Shown: in pieces, positions 63,801-64,000 of the stretch
Layout: the number at the start of each line of letters is the position of its first letter
Numbering within the stretch: position 1 is the stretch's first letter
DNA from: Asterias rubens
Taxonomy: Eukaryota
NCBI RefSeq assembly: GCF_902459465.1
Contig: NC_047073.1
Span: 1,860,001 to 1,924,000, forward strand
Length of the DNA: 64,000 bases
Reading direction: 5' to 3'
Program-made: the position numbers and the translations under genes
Notes under the pieces: model-generated
Told to the model about the DNA's origin: nothing
Databases searched by the model: none
Seen by the model: only the letters and a program-made list of their open reading frames with translations

Positions 63801-64000
63801 CACAGTTCCCACCCTTATACAGATACTCTCCTACCAGGAACTTACCCTTCTCAGGTGTGGTATGTTCGATATAAATGCTCTCCTGAAATTCCCCAAGTCC
63901 TGCCTCATTCCTGGCAAGAACACGAACCTTGTAGATTGAATTGGACTCTAAAGATGAATCAGAATATGGAAAAGGAGACTGTCTCTCAGTTGTGTTGTGT
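57781..64000 (-). CDS. FN3-repeat single-pass receptor with an RPTP-like membrane-proximal module and no phosphatase domain (5' partial)
   Basis: Exons >64000-63846, 63177-63062, 62910-62703, 62343-62241, 61244-61010, 60657-60618, TM exon 60071-59960, 58581-58544, 57911-57781; phases chain correctly. FN3 signatures: LESNSIYKVRVLARNEAGLG, WSEIPCGQRNGLITKY, GLEPSTKYDFRLQGFNSAGVG. YVAAELP..FTVGDG..NKPL...YDIYL resembles the juxtamembrane module of LAR/type IIB RPTPs. The TM is followed by RWKKR and a tail of about 55 aa. Confidence 0.85.
59040..60071 (-). repeat. Tandem array of 8 copies of the transmembrane exon (126/138/139-nt units)
   Basis: Copies at 59960-60071 (full 112-nt exon), 59834-59930, 59708-59804, 59582-59678, 59443-59539, 59304-59400, 59166-59262, 59040-59136 (97 nt each). 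Each is preceded by TTTGTTTG(T/G)CAG-like acceptor sequence and followed by GTAATA or GTAGTT. Confidence 0.95.
60831..60874 (-). ncRNA. Penelope-type minimal hammerhead ribozyme motif
   Basis: Minus strand reads GTCTT-CTGAAGA-C-AATCAG(GTATA)CTGATC-GAAA-CG-TT-GAGTC: complete core, 5-bp stem II, imperfect stem I, palindromic AACGTT in place of stem III. Confidence 0.55.

Overview
AT-rich, intron-rich metazoan genomic DNA, heavily invaded by MITEs and SINEs. An invertebrate deuterostome, probably a sea star, is my inference from the repeat families and gene similarities; it is not proven. I rebuilt seven protein-coding genes by hand from GT-AG sites with consistent intron phases: a TAX1BP3/TIP-1-like single-PDZ gene (-), SLC30A7/ZnT7 (+, 11 exons), DPH5 (-, 6 exons), two tandem paralogues of an unrecognised 20-Cys type I membrane protein with a poly-Cys juxtamembrane tract (-), SMIM7 (+, 5 exons), and the 3' part of an FN3/RPTP-like receptor with no phosphatase domain (-). 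The most unusual structure is in that receptor gene. Its transmembrane exon is present in 8 tandem copies, each with its own AG acceptor and GT donor, each encoding a different TM peptide, separated by only 29-42 nt. This could be a mutually exclusive TM-exon cassette. Other notable points: the uncharacterised Cys-rich paralogue pair, which differ by one intron; SLC30A7-DPH5 tail-to-tail linkage as I recall it in human; several further exon-end duplications; and Penelope-type minimal hammerhead ribozyme motifs. No database searches were run, so comparisons with human genes and repeat families come from memory.
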